Assembly (NCBI GenBank): GCA_947593925.1
Contig: CANQDU010000004.1
Span: forward strand, 49,834 to 113,833
Reading direction: 5' to 3'
Source: an uncultured Clostridia bacterium
Lineage (GTDB): Bacteria; Bacillota; Clostridia; Oscillospirales; JAAYOS01
Length of the DNA: 64,000 bases
Below are positions 16,970-26,331 of the stretch, piece after piece (position 1 is the first letter of the stretch; the number at the start of each line of letters is the position of its first letter). The notes under the pieces are model-generated. The model had not been told where the DNA came from. It saw only the letters and a list, made by a program, of their open reading frames with translations, and did not search any database. Position numbers and translations under genes: made by a program.

Positions 16970-19900
16970 CTATTTGTTTATGCTCTCCAGTTCCCACACG
17001 CCGTCCTCTGCTCTGACTATCGTCATCTCGGACGTGCCCCGTTTGTCGCTGTCCGGCCGCCGGTAGGATATTTCGAGCGTCATCTGTGTCGGCGAGCTCG
17101 CTAACACCTTCACGCCGGTGATCTCGCCGCCCGTTTCGTCGTACTCGTTTTCTATGCCTATCGGGAAGTACAGCACGCCGTCGCGGAGTATCAGCGCCGG
17201 TTCCTGCGCGGTATCTTCTCCCGCAAGCAGCATGACCATCCACAGCTCGAGCGGGCTCCTGATGTCCGCTCCCAGCTCCTCAAGCGTCGCATAGCAAGGG
17301 TAAGCGCCCGGGTAGTTCTCCGCCTCGGCGGCACTCACGAGCTCGCCCGTGCCGGGCACGCGCCGGAAGCCGTCCGCCGCGCCGAAGTCCAGGTCCAGCG
17401 GTCTGCCGTCCTCCCCCGTCATCACACGATAGTAGTAGTGGGGCTGCTTGCCGACAGCCACGGACGCTGCCCAGAGATTGCCGACCCGGTATGTGAGATC
17501 CGTCCCGTCCTCGGCTGTTACGCTATACGGCAGCCACTCAGAAGCGGCATTCGGATTTGCAAGGACGTAGGAGTCCCGCGAGCCGGGGACGAGCCGCGCC
17601 GTATATGACAAAAACCTGCCGTCGGCGCCATAGAAATCTATGCTGTTACTCATTATGTAACCGGAGGACACGACGTCATCGTCGTCGGCAATGCTCTCCG
17701 GGTCGAGCAGTCCGCCGGAGATGACCGTCGGTCTCAACATCTCGTCGTATACGACGACGGTGTTCGGCTCCGCGCGCTTTGGGCGGTAGAGATCGGCGAG
17801 CGCGTCGTCATAATTTCTCCCGCTGTCTGAGAGGGCGTCCATATACTCGTAGTCGTCTATGTACCACTCGCCATCGACGAGCTTCAGTAGCATCAGCGCC
17901 CCGCGCTCGTAGTCGTCATGGTTTTCCGGCCAAGTCGCCTCCGTGGCAGTCCCCCACGGGTCGCTCAGATACCTGACAAACACGAGCATGCTGTTTGCCG
18001 TGGACTCGAGTATATTGAGCGAGATTTCCCTGCCGACGTTGCCGCTGCCGGAATCCGCCCAGAGCTCGCGGTACGGATACCCGTCCTTCCACAGGAACAC
18101 GTCGTTTGCAAGCGCCCGCTCCGCGCCGTGCTCGGTGAAATAGTACGGCAATACGTCATATATCCCGGCGCGCAGACTGTACGGCTCGGGCTGCAGTTTC
18201 CCCGTCATATCGTCCGGGACAAATGACGCGTCCCACCACGTTGCGAGCACTCTGTCGCCCAAGCGGAGGAAAAATACTTCGTCGTCCGTATCCGCAGCGC
18301 TCGTCCGGCCGTAGACGAGGTCGCTGTTGGCGCCGTACCATAGCTGCGCGAAGCGCACGGACAGGTCGGAGCCGTCCGGCGCCGTGAGCGACGGAACCTC
18401 GTCCGCCGTTACCGGCGTGGGCACGCCGTCCGTCCCCGGCAGGCAGATTCGAACTTCTGAGAGCGCGCCCGACTCGTCGTAGACCGCTTCCGTGCAGGGA
18501 TACGCCGCAGAGTCCGGGAGCGTTGCCGCGCCGTACCTCTCGTAATACTCCTCCTCGGAGAGCATGTCCCCGACGTCGCTTCGTGCAAGCCTGCCGCCCT
18601 CGCCGTAGTAGAGCTCGGTGTTCGGTGCTGCAAACTGCGGATAGTGCGTCCGCCAGCTTTCGAGAGCCGTATCGTAGTCCGGAAGACTCGTCTCCGGCAG
18701 CGTCAGGACATACTCGCCCGAACCCTCGGGATATTCGTAGTAGATGTTCTGCAGGAGGCCGTCCCGGTCGTAGACCGCCTTCGTGTTCGGGCGGATGAGA
18801 GAAGAGTCGCTTTCCGGCAGGAGAGTCTCGCCTATCTCGTCCCGGCGCGCGCGGCAGGCGTCCTCGCTGAGGAGCGCGCCGAGAGTGACGGTATAGTTCC
18901 CATCGCCGTCATAGACTATCTCTGTGCCGGGCTCCGCCCACTTCGGATAGCGGGTCTCCGCGCTTTCAAGATACGCCTCATAGTCTTCATGAGTGAACGT
19001 CGCGGCGGGCACTTCTTCCCTTCCGCGAACCGCGTCGGTCGCGAATATTGCGACTGTCGCGGCGCAGACTATGCCCGCGATGATGACCGTCCAAATTGCC
19101 GGCTTTCTGAACCTCATCACGTTCTTTATCCGGCTCTTCGGCTCGCCCTCCCCGAACGAGAGCGGCGACGCGGCTACATGCCCCGTCCCGCCCGAGTAGC
19201 GGAGTATCGACGTGGCGTATTCGGCGCGGATATCGGACGGCGCGCGGCGAAGGACCGCCTCGTCGCAGGAGAGCTCCATGTCCCGCCCGGACAGAATGAA
19301 CGCCGCCCACACGAGCGGGTTGAACCAGTGTATGCAGAGCGCCGCGTATGCGAGGACGCGCGTCAGGTTGTCGCCCCGCCGGATGTGACAGCGCTCGTGC
19401 GCGAGGACGTACTCCTTCTCCCGCTCCCCGAGGTCGGAGGGGATATATATGCGCGGGCGGATCAGTCCGAGCGTGAACGGGACGTCCGCGCCGTCCGCGA
19501 GGAAGACGCCGTCCTGCTCCTCCACCGCGCCGACGAGCCTCCGCCGCAGACGGACGTACCGCAGGACGCCGCGCGCGGCCATCGCCGCCGCGCCCGCGAA
19601 CCATACCCACGACGCGGCCGCAAGCAGTACGTCGCGCGCCGCGGGACGCACCGCCGGAGCCGCCGGCGTCGCGGCGGCGGGAGTCTGTCCCGCCGGCGTC
19701 TGCGGAACGCTCACATTCCCGTCGTGCTCCGCCTCGGACGTGTCCGGGGCGGACGGCAGATCGTAGGGCAGCGCGCCGCCCGTTCCGATGTGCGCCCCGG
19801 TCTGCGGCGCCGGCGTCGGAACCGTGCTGTTCATCGTGGCAGACTTCTCCGTCCCGCCCGGAAGCAGGTTCATCACCGACAGCGGCGACCTCACCGACAC

Positions 19901-20053
19901 AGGCGACAGCAGCCGCAGCAGCACAACAGCCCACAGCGCGTAGGAGAAAACCTTCGGCGCACGGCGGAGCGGGAACCTCGCCGCGAGCACCGCGAGTATC
20001 GCCGCCGACGCCGCGAGGCTCATTCCGAGTATGCCGAGGAATATCGACGTCAC
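16970..20053 (-). CDS. BlaR1/MecR1-type M56 peptidase signal transducer with very long C-terminal extracytoplasmic domain
   Basis: 1027 aa. N-terminal TMs, M56 zinc motif LAHERCHIRRGD (HExxH at 19385-19399), TM at residues ~320-340, then ~690 aa of non-penicillin-binding ectodomain. GTGA overlap with the upstream blaI-like gene. Confidence 0.85.
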   Translation of the reverse strand: MTSIFLGILGMSLAASAAILAVLAARFPLRRAPKVFSYALWAVVLLRLLSPVSVRSPLSVMNLLPGGTEKSATMNSTVPTPAPQTGAHIGTGGALPYDLPSAPDTSEAEHDGNVSVPQTPAGQTPAAATPAAPAVRPAARDVLLAAASWVWFAGAAAMAARGVLRYVRLRRRLVGAVEEQDGVFLADGADVPFTLGLIRPRIYIPSDLGEREKEYVLAHERCHIRRGDNLTRVLAYAALCIHWFNPLVWAAFILSGRDMELSCDEAVLRRAPSDIRAEYATSILRYSGGTGHVAASPLSFGEGEPKSRIKNVMRFRKPAIWTVIIAGIVCAATVAIFATDAVRGREEVPAATFTHEDYEAYLESAETRYPKWAEPGTEIVYDGDGNYTVTLGALLSEDACRARRDEIGETLLPESDSSLIRPNTKAVYDRDGLLQNIYYEYPEGSGEYVLTLPETSLPDYDTALESWRTHYPQFAAPNTELYYGEGGRLARSDVGDMLSEEEYYERYGAATLPDSAAYPCTEAVYDESGALSEVRICLPGTDGVPTPVTADEVPSLTAPDGSDLSVRFAQLWYGANSDLVYGRTSAADTDDEVFFLRLGDRVLATWWDASFVPDDMTGKLQPEPYSLRAGIYDVLPYYFTEHGAERALANDVFLWKDGYPYRELWADSGSGNVGREISLNILESTANSMLVFVRYLSDPWGTATEATWPENHDDYERGALMLLKLVDGEWYIDDYEYMDALSDSGRNYDDALADLYRPKRAEPNTVVVYDEMLRPTVISGGLLDPESIADDDDVVSSGYIMSNSIDFYGADGRFLSYTARLVPGSRDSYVLANPNAASEWLPYSVTAEDGTDLTYRVGNLWAASVAVGKQPHYYYRVMTGEDGRPLDLDFGAADGFRRVPGTGELVSAAEAENYPGAYPCYATLEELGADIRSPLELWMVMLLAGEDTAQEPALILRDGVLYFPIGIENEYDETGGEITGVKVLASSPTQMTLEISYRRPDSDKRGTSEMTIVRAEDGVWELESINK

Positions 20054-20424
20054 GCCTTACCGTCTCCCTTCCCATATTCGTCGATGAAGCGGCGGAGCTC
20101 CTCCACGTCGTCCCGCGAGAGCTTGCGCCGCGTCGAAAACGCGGCGACGAACTCCGGCAGCGACCCGCCGAAGCTCTCCTCCACCATCTGCTCGCCCTGT
20201 ATCGCCGCGAGCTCCTGCTTCGTCATGAGCTTTTTCACGACGCCGCCGTCGTTTATAAAGATACCTCTCTCGCATATGCGGCGGAGCATCGTGTAGGTGG
20301 TCGATTTCTTCCAACCAAGCTCCTGCTCGCAGAGCTTCACGAGCGTGCCGGACGGCACCGGCTCGTTTGCCCAGATTATGTCCGCAAATTTGGTCTCCAT
20401 CACGCCAAGCCTGTATTCGTTCAT
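20050..20424 (-). CDS. BlaI/MecI/CopY family transcriptional repressor
   Basis: 124 aa. Winged helix (EPVPSGTLVKLCEQELGWKKSTTYTMLRRICERGIF) and C-terminal dimerisation helix. Confidence 0.9.
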   Translation of the reverse strand: MNEYRLGVMETKFADIIWANEPVPSGTLVKLCEQELGWKKSTTYTMLRRICERGIFINDGGVVKKLMTKQELAAIQGEQMVEESFGGSLPEFVAAFSTRRKLSRDDVEELRRFIDEYGKGDGKA

Positions 20425-20514
20425 ACTTCATTCCCTCTTTCCGCAGCCGTCCGCCGAAGATACGCGGTGCGCCGCTGTTTTGGTTTGAGTTTAAAATTAT
20501 TAAACCCTACTAGC

Positions 20515-20532
20515 TACAGTTTAGCACGTGTA
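20515..20532. promoter_or_regulatory. Candidate BlaI-type operator (TACA-N10-TGTA dyad)
   Basis: TACAGTTTAGCACGTGTA lies ~90 nt upstream of the blaI-like start, in the divergent intergenic region. BlaI/CopY boxes contain TACA/TGTA half-sites. Not verified. Confidence 0.3.
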
Positions 20533-20716
20533 AACCTTGTTGTCAATACCTTTATAACAGTTTTTTTGAAGGAAGCCCAATCTGCGGGTTCCCTCGAAAA
20601 ATTCCGCGGAGTTCCGCCAGCCAAAGAAAGCCGTCTTGCTTATGCGCCCGTGATATGCTACAATACTTGCATCAACAACGAACGCAGTACGGCGTCTATA
20701 TGCGAGAGGAGCGACA

Positions 20717-21478
20717 ATGATGGAAAAGTTTGACCGAGTAGAGTTTTGCAGAAACAAGTATCACGAGCTGTTCGGCGGCGAGCCGGCAGGAAACGAGGGC
20801 ACCGACCCCGAGTTTATGCGGATACTTCAGCGTTTCATCTTCGGCGAGGTCTGCGCCGTGGGGAGCCTCGACAACCGTATGCGCGAGCTGGTGACGGTGA
20901 CGGTCCTCGCTGTCAATCAGACGCTTCCGCAGCTCAGGGCGCACGTCGGCGCGGCGCTGAACGTCGGCTGTACGCCGCTCGAGATACGCGAGGCGGTCTA
21001 TCAGCTCGCCGCGTTTGTGGGGTTTCCGAAGACGCTGAACGCCATCTCCGCCATGAACGAAGCGTTCACGGCGGCGGGCATATCCCTCCCGCTCGAGGAC
21101 GCCGCCGTCACCGGCGAGGATGACCGCTATGAAAAGGGACTCGCGTTCCAGAGCGAGATATACGGCGACGGGATAAAGCGCAAGTACGCCTATCTGCCGG
21201 AGGAGTTTGCGGAGGCGATACCGAGGTTCCTCACCGAGCTTTGCTTCGGCGACCTCATGATGCGGCGCGGCCTCGACCGCAAGACGCGCGAGCTGCTCAC
21301 GGTGGTTATGTTTGCCGCCATGGGCGATTCCGCTCCGCAGATACAGAGCCACGCGCTCGGCGCTCGGAAGGCGGGCAACACCGACGAGGAGATCTACGCC
21401 GCGCTCCTGCACGCGCTGCCGTACACCGGCTTTCCGCGCGTCTTCAACGCTCTGAACGCCCTGAAGGAAGTCATGTGA
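20717..21478 (+). CDS. Carboxymuconolactone decarboxylase (CMD/AhpD-like) family protein, two-domain
   Basis: 253 aa. Two CMD-like repeats (RELVTVTVLAVNQTLPQLRAHVGAAL... and RELLTVVMFAAMGDSAPQIQSHALGA...). Confidence 0.75.
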   Translation: MMEKFDRVEFCRNKYHELFGGEPAGNEGTDPEFMRILQRFIFGEVCAVGSLDNRMRELVTVTVLAVNQTLPQLRAHVGAALNVGCTPLEIREAVYQLAAFVGFPKTLNAISAMNEAFTAAGISLPLEDAAVTGEDDRYEKGLAFQSEIYGDGIKRKYAYLPEEFAEAIPRFLTELCFGDLMMRRGLDRKTRELLTVVMFAAMGDSAPQIQSHALGARKAGNTDEEIYAALLHALPYTGFPRVFNALNALKEVM

Positions 21479-21497
21479 GCGGACAACAAAACAGTTA

Positions 21498-21523
21498 AAG
21501 GGACGCCCTTTCGGGCGTCCCTT
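21498..21523. terminator. Bidirectional terminator between CMD gene and PBP gene
   Basis: AAGGGACGCCC-TTTC-GGGCGTCCCTT. Confidence 0.8.
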
Positions 21524-21539
21524 ATGCTTTGTCTGTTAT

Positions 21540-24278
21540 TTACCCGTCGTCCGGCTCGGTCGGGAACTCCGGGCTTGCGGGCGTGTCGGACGGCGGCGCT
21601 TCACTCGGCTCTTCTGAGGGCGTGACCTCGCCGGTGGGCGGCGCGTCCGACGGCTCGCTGCTCGCCGGAGGCGGCGGCGCGCTCGGCTCGCCGCTTGCCG
21701 GCTCGCCGGAGACCGGCGCGTCGGAGGGCTCGGTCGGGAATTCGCCCGCGTTCGGGTCGTCGTTCGGATCCTCCGGCTCCTCGCCGGGGACGTGCAGCGT
21801 GCAGAATGCATTTGCCGGGTCCGCGACGTTCACGGCGACGCGGTACATCACGTTTTCGTCCGGCTCCGCAGAGGGCTCCGTCGTCTCCCCGTCGTCGGAA
21901 GCATAGCCGAGCGGCAGCGAGTAGTCCACGCCGTAGGCGCGAATGGTGTACTGCTCGTCCGCGACGCGGATATTCGGCAGAGGGAAGCTGCGGTTCACCT
22001 GCATCATCGAGACCTGACGCCGTCCCTCCTCGGGGCAGGCAGGGGTGGCTATCTTGCCGCTCTCGCCGCACACGTCCACGAACTTATGGATGCTGCACAC
22101 ATCGGTCGGCACGTCCTCCGCGAGGAATGTGCCGGTGAGGACGCGGCTGCCGCGTATGTCCGCGCGGCAAGCGTCGGTCGCAAGCATGCCCGAGTCGCGG
22201 CAGTAGGCGACCTTCACTATCTCCGCGGTCGCGGGGGTGAAGAACTCGCGCGGTTCGAGGTTCTCGTGCAGCTTCTCCATCACCTGCTGCCAGAGCGGAA
22301 CGGCGGGGCTGGTGCCGGAGGTCGGATTTATCGTGTGATTGTAGTCGAAGCCGTACCAGACCGTGCAGGTGTAGTACGGGGTGTAGCCGCAGAACCAACG
22401 GTCGAAGTCGTCATCGGTGGTGCCGGTCTTGCCGGCGGCTATCGAGTTTGAGAGGCGGGCGTACACGCCCGAGCCGTTCGCGACGACGTTTGTAAGGAGG
22501 TTATTCATGTAGTACGCGGTGCTCTCCTTTATGACCGCCGTGCTCTTCTGCTCCTTCTCGATAAAGACGTCTCCGTTCGCGTCGAGCACGCGGGTGTAGG
22601 TGCGCGGCTCGTTGTAGACGCCGGCGTTCGGGAAGACCGAGTACGCCGCCGCCATGTCGAGCACCGTGACGCCGTCCGTGAGTCCGCCGAGCGCCATAGA
22701 CGGCGTGACCTGGTCGGTGAAGAACTGGTCGCCGCGGTACTCGCCCTCCACGAGCGTCCTGAGTCCCATCTTGTACTTTGCAAACTCGAAGCAGTGCTCC
22801 GGACCCATCGTCGTGACGAGCTGGACGGGTATCGTGTTGTTCGAGCGGCCGACGGCGTCCATCACGGTCATCTGACCGCGATAGATGTTGTCGTAGTTCT
22901 TCGGGTAGCCGTTGCCGTTCTCGTCGAGTATCTTCGGCATATCGGTAAAGACGTCGTACGGGTCGATGAGCCCCGCTTCGATGGCGCAGGAGTAGACCGC
23001 TATCGGCTTTATCGAGGAGCCGGGCTGCTTTGTCATGGCAGTCGCGCGGTTGCGGGCGCGGTTGACGGTCTTTTCGCCGAGGCCGCCGTACATGCCGAGC
23101 ACGTTTCCGGTGTATGGGTCCATGACGACTATCGCGCTCTGCGGCGGAGCCTCGAGCGTGTCCGCGTCGCGGAGGGTCGGCCAGAGCTCGGGGTTGGTAT
23201 AGACCTCGTCTATTACGGCCTGAACATCCGGGTCCATGGTAGTGTAGATTTGGTAGCCGCCGGTGAAGAGGTAACGCTCGGCGACGGAGTAGCTTACGCC
23301 GCGCTTCTCCATGATGTCCCCTATCACGTCCTCGATGACCTGGTCGCAGAAGTAGCTCTGCACCTTCGAGGTCTTGTCGGTCGTGGTAGTTGTGGACGGA
23401 CGGTCGCGCTTGAAGACGAGGCGCTGGTTCTTTGTACGCTGATACTCGGCCTCGTCTATATATCCCTGCTCCTTCATGACCCAAAGGATATTCTCCTGAC
23501 GTTCCTTGTTGTGGTCGCGGTTCTGATACGGGTCGTAGTAGGTGGGCAGGTTCGTAATGCCGACGATGCTCGCCGCCTCCGCGAGCGTGAGATCCTTCGC
23601 GTCCTTGCCGAAGTAGGTCTGCGCGGCGGCCTGTATGCCGTAACAGCCCTGGCCGAAGCAGACGAGGTTGATGTACACCTCAAGGACGTCCTCCTTCGAA
23701 TACTTCCTGTCGAGGGCGAGGGCGCTGAATATCTCGCCGAGCTTTCGTCGGACGGTGACCTCCTTGTTTCCGGTCACGTTCTTGACGACCTGCTGCGTTA
23801 TCGTGGAGCCGCCGAAGCTCGACCCGTCCCCCAGGAACATGGTGTACGCCGCGCCGAGGGTGCGGTACCAGTCTACGCCGTGGTGGCGCCAGTAGCGCTT
23901 GTCCTCAATGGCCACGAGCGACTGGAAAACGTATTCCGGCAGCTCGTCATACTCCACCCAGACGCGGTTGTCGAGGAACAGCTCCTGCATGACCTCCCAG
24001 TCCTGGGTGTCCTTGTCGTAGTAGTAGATGAAGCTCGTCTCGTTCAGCGTAAAGTCGTCAAGGCTGATGTCCTGCCCCTCCGCGAGGAAGTTCTGACAGT
24101 AGACGACAAATATCAGCGCGAACATCACGCCGGTGACGAGCGCTATCATGAGCAGCGTACCGACGCTTGCGAAGACCCACTTCACGGTCTTGCCTATTAC
24201 CTTCAGTGTCGTGAGCGCGACGCGCGCGCCGGTGCTGCGCTGTTTTTTCTTCGGAGTGCTTTCCGTCAAGCCTTTCAC
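21540..24278 (-). CDS. Class A penicillin-binding protein (glycosyltransferase GT51 + transpeptidase), PBP1A-type
   Basis: 912 aa. N-terminal TM, GT51 motifs (AIEDKRYWRHHGVD, GGSTITQQVVKN), transpeptidase motifs (PGSSIKP SxxK, KTGTT), and an acidic Pro/Ser/Glu-rich C-terminal tail. Confidence 0.9.
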   Translation of the reverse strand: MKGLTESTPKKKQRSTGARVALTTLKVIGKTVKWVFASVGTLLMIALVTGVMFALIFVVYCQNFLAEGQDISLDDFTLNETSFIYYYDKDTQDWEVMQELFLDNRVWVEYDELPEYVFQSLVAIEDKRYWRHHGVDWYRTLGAAYTMFLGDGSSFGGSTITQQVVKNVTGNKEVTVRRKLGEIFSALALDRKYSKEDVLEVYINLVCFGQGCYGIQAAAQTYFGKDAKDLTLAEAASIVGITNLPTYYDPYQNRDHNKERQENILWVMKEQGYIDEAEYQRTKNQRLVFKRDRPSTTTTTDKTSKVQSYFCDQVIEDVIGDIMEKRGVSYSVAERYLFTGGYQIYTTMDPDVQAVIDEVYTNPELWPTLRDADTLEAPPQSAIVVMDPYTGNVLGMYGGLGEKTVNRARNRATAMTKQPGSSIKPIAVYSCAIEAGLIDPYDVFTDMPKILDENGNGYPKNYDNIYRGQMTVMDAVGRSNNTIPVQLVTTMGPEHCFEFAKYKMGLRTLVEGEYRGDQFFTDQVTPSMALGGLTDGVTVLDMAAAYSVFPNAGVYNEPRTYTRVLDANGDVFIEKEQKSTAVIKESTAYYMNNLLTNVVANGSGVYARLSNSIAAGKTGTTDDDFDRWFCGYTPYYTCTVWYGFDYNHTINPTSGTSPAVPLWQQVMEKLHENLEPREFFTPATAEIVKVAYCRDSGMLATDACRADIRGSRVLTGTFLAEDVPTDVCSIHKFVDVCGESGKIATPACPEEGRRQVSMMQVNRSFPLPNIRVADEQYTIRAYGVDYSLPLGYASDDGETTEPSAEPDENVMYRVAVNVADPANAFCTLHVPGEEPEDPNDDPNAGEFPTEPSDAPVSGEPASGEPSAPPPPASSEPSDAPPTGEVTPSEEPSEAPPSDTPASPEFPTEPDDG

Positions 24279-24385
24279 CCCTTGTGCTTATGATTTGAGA
24301 TGCGGGCGGGCGCGGAGATGCGCCGCCCGTATTTGGCGGCACGCCCCGCAGAAGAAGCCCGGCGGGACGGCTCGCCCGGCGCGGC

Positions 24386-25258
24386 TCAGACGCGCTCCTT
24401 GCCGTAGAAGAAGAGCGCGACGGTGCCGGGGCCGGAGTGCGAGCCTATGACCGGCCCGATGTAGTTCTTGATTATCTTGCCTATCTTATACTTTGCGCGG
24501 AGCTTTTCGATGATGTAGTCCGCGTCCTCCTCGCAGTCGCCGTGGCTGACGGCGATGCAGTCGAACTCGTCCGAGAGCTTGAGGGCGTCCATCCACTCGA
24601 TAAGTCCGTCGAGCGAGCCCCGGCGTCCGCGCTTCTTCGAGCAGGCGCGGAGCTTTCCTTCCGCGTCGACGTCGAGCAGAGGCTTGATGCCGAGCATCGA
24701 ACCGAGGACGGCCGTGCCCTTGCCGACGCGCCCTCCGCGCTGGAGGAACATCAGGTCGTCGACGGTGAAGAGGTGCTGTATGTGCTTCTTGTTGCGTTCG
24801 AGCCAGTCCGCCGTCTCCTCGATGGTCTTTCCCTCGCGGCGGAGACGGACGGCGTAGTGGGTGAGAAGTCCGCCGCCGAGCGAAGCGATAAGTCCGTCGC
24901 AGACGATGAGCTTCCTGTCGGGATAGTCGGGCGCGGCGTCCGCCGCCGCGACGCACGCGGCGTTGTAGGAGCTGGAAATTCCGCTCGACATCGTGATAAC
25001 GAGAAGGTCGCGCCCCGCTTCGAGGTACTTGCGGAACCACTGCTCGTAGGTGTCCGAATTTATCATGGAGGTGGTCGAGACCTGACCCGCGCGGAGCTTG
25101 GCGTAGAACTCGCCGTAGGGAGCGCTCAGTCCGGCGTCGTCAAGGTAGGTCTGGCCGTCGATCATGTAGGTCATCGGGATGAAGTCCACGTCGTTCTGCT
25201 CGTAGAAGTCCCTGGGGAGATCGGTTCCCGCGTCCACCAGAATTGCGAAGTTATCCAT
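24386..25258 (-). CDS. DegV family fatty-acid-binding protein
   Basis: 290 aa. FAILVDAGTDLP..., TTSMINSDTYEQWF and SSGISSSYN are typical DegV motifs. Confidence 0.9.
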   Translation of the reverse strand: MDNFAILVDAGTDLPRDFYEQNDVDFIPMTYMIDGQTYLDDAGLSAPYGEFYAKLRAGQVSTTSMINSDTYEQWFRKYLEAGRDLLVITMSSGISSSYNAACVAAADAAPDYPDRKLIVCDGLIASLGGGLLTHYAVRLRREGKTIEETADWLERNKKHIQHLFTVDDLMFLQRGGRVGKGTAVLGSMLGIKPLLDVDAEGKLRACSKKRGRRGSLDGLIEWMDALKLSDEFDCIAVSHGDCEEDADYIIEKLRAKYKIGKIIKNYIGPVIGSHSGPGTVALFFYGKERV

Positions 25259-25397
25259 AGTCTTTCTCCTCTCTCTTTACCCCGAGGCACGGAAGACAGC
25301 GCGCGCCGCGCGCTCACTGCCGGGATCGGGGCAGGATCTACTGACACAACATATAGTATACACTATTTTTTGCCGCACCGCAAGGTTTTTTCTTGTC

Positions 25398-25750
25398 TGA
25401 GGGCGGAGGCCGCCTCTTCATGTGTGAGGCGCAGCCTCACCACCACCTTCGCGGGGCTGTGCCGCCCCGCACCATCTAGCGGGGAAGCCCCGCGGGCATT
25501 CGCGGGGCGGGTCCCCGCGTCCCTAGGTAGAGCAGAGCTCTACCGACACCTTCGCGGGGCTGTGCCGCCCCGCACCCCTGCGCTACTTTTTGCTCGCGCA
25601 AAAAGTAATCAAAAAGCGCGCTTAAGGGAGAGGGCTTTGCCCTCTCCCTTAAAAATCCCTCTCCCAATACAGACACAACACCATTACCCACATAACAGGG
25701 CACACTCTGTATCCAACAAATCTGTCATCCGACCGGGTGAGTTTCTGGGG
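25398..25750 (-). repeat. Composite multi-hairpin repeat, copy 2 (inverted relative to copies 1 and 3)
   Basis: The reverse complement of 25477-25748 aligns with 15303-15576. Extra hairpins at 25398-25476 include GAGGCGGCCTCCGCCTC-type and GTGAGGC-GCA-GCCTCAC. Confidence 0.85.
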
Positions 25751-25981
25751 AGAACATCAAACTTTTCCTCTTCATTCGACGACATCGAACAGTTCCTGCG
25801 TAGTAGATACAAAAAGTCCGGTCCTACGCTCACACTATAAGCGTAATGCAGAAGCTTTCCCGAGAAAACGGAACTTTCGGTTCTAGGGAAAAGTTTAAGC
25901 GGAGACGCTTGTACTAAGCTACGGACGGACGTCCTGCGTGGCAGAGACCTTCCGATTAAGGAAAGAGGGGTACAAAGGGGA

Positions 25982-26275
25982 GAAAACCGTTGGTTTTCTC
26001 CCCTTTGTGTGCTTTTTGGTTACTTTTTGCACAAGCAAAAAGTAACGCAAGGGTGTGGGGCTGCAAAGCCCCACATGGGGGCGCGGGGGCGCAGCCCCCG
26101 CAAACTGCCCGTGAGGCTCTGCCTCACTCAGGGACGCGGGTCTCGCCCCGCGAATGCTCGCGGGGCTTCCCCGCTATACGGGTGTGGGCTTCGCCCGCTC
26201 GGTCGCGGGGCTTCCCCGCCGGATGGGTGTGGGCTCTGCCCACTTGGGTGCGGGCTCCGCCCGCGGATTTGACCG
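25982..26275 (+). repeat. Composite multi-hairpin repeat, copy 3 (diverged; structure conserved)
   Basis: Same order of hairpin modules as copy 1, but several stems carry compensatory substitutions. The 3' part (26138-26200) is nearly identical to 15529-15598. There is an internal tandem duplication of TCGCGGGGCTTCCCCGC...GGGTGTGGGCT. Confidence 0.8.
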
Positions 26276-26288
26276 TTTCTTGACTTTT

Positions 26289-26317
26289 TTGTGTTATATT
26301 CGTACAATTACAGGAGG
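26289..26317 (+). promoter_or_regulatory. Sigma-A promoter of response-regulator/histidine-kinase operon
   Basis: TTGACT (26289-26294), 17 nt, TACAAT (26312-26317), immediately upstream of the RBS AGGAGG. Confidence 0.6.
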
Positions 26318-26331
26318 CAGGAGGCGAAGCT

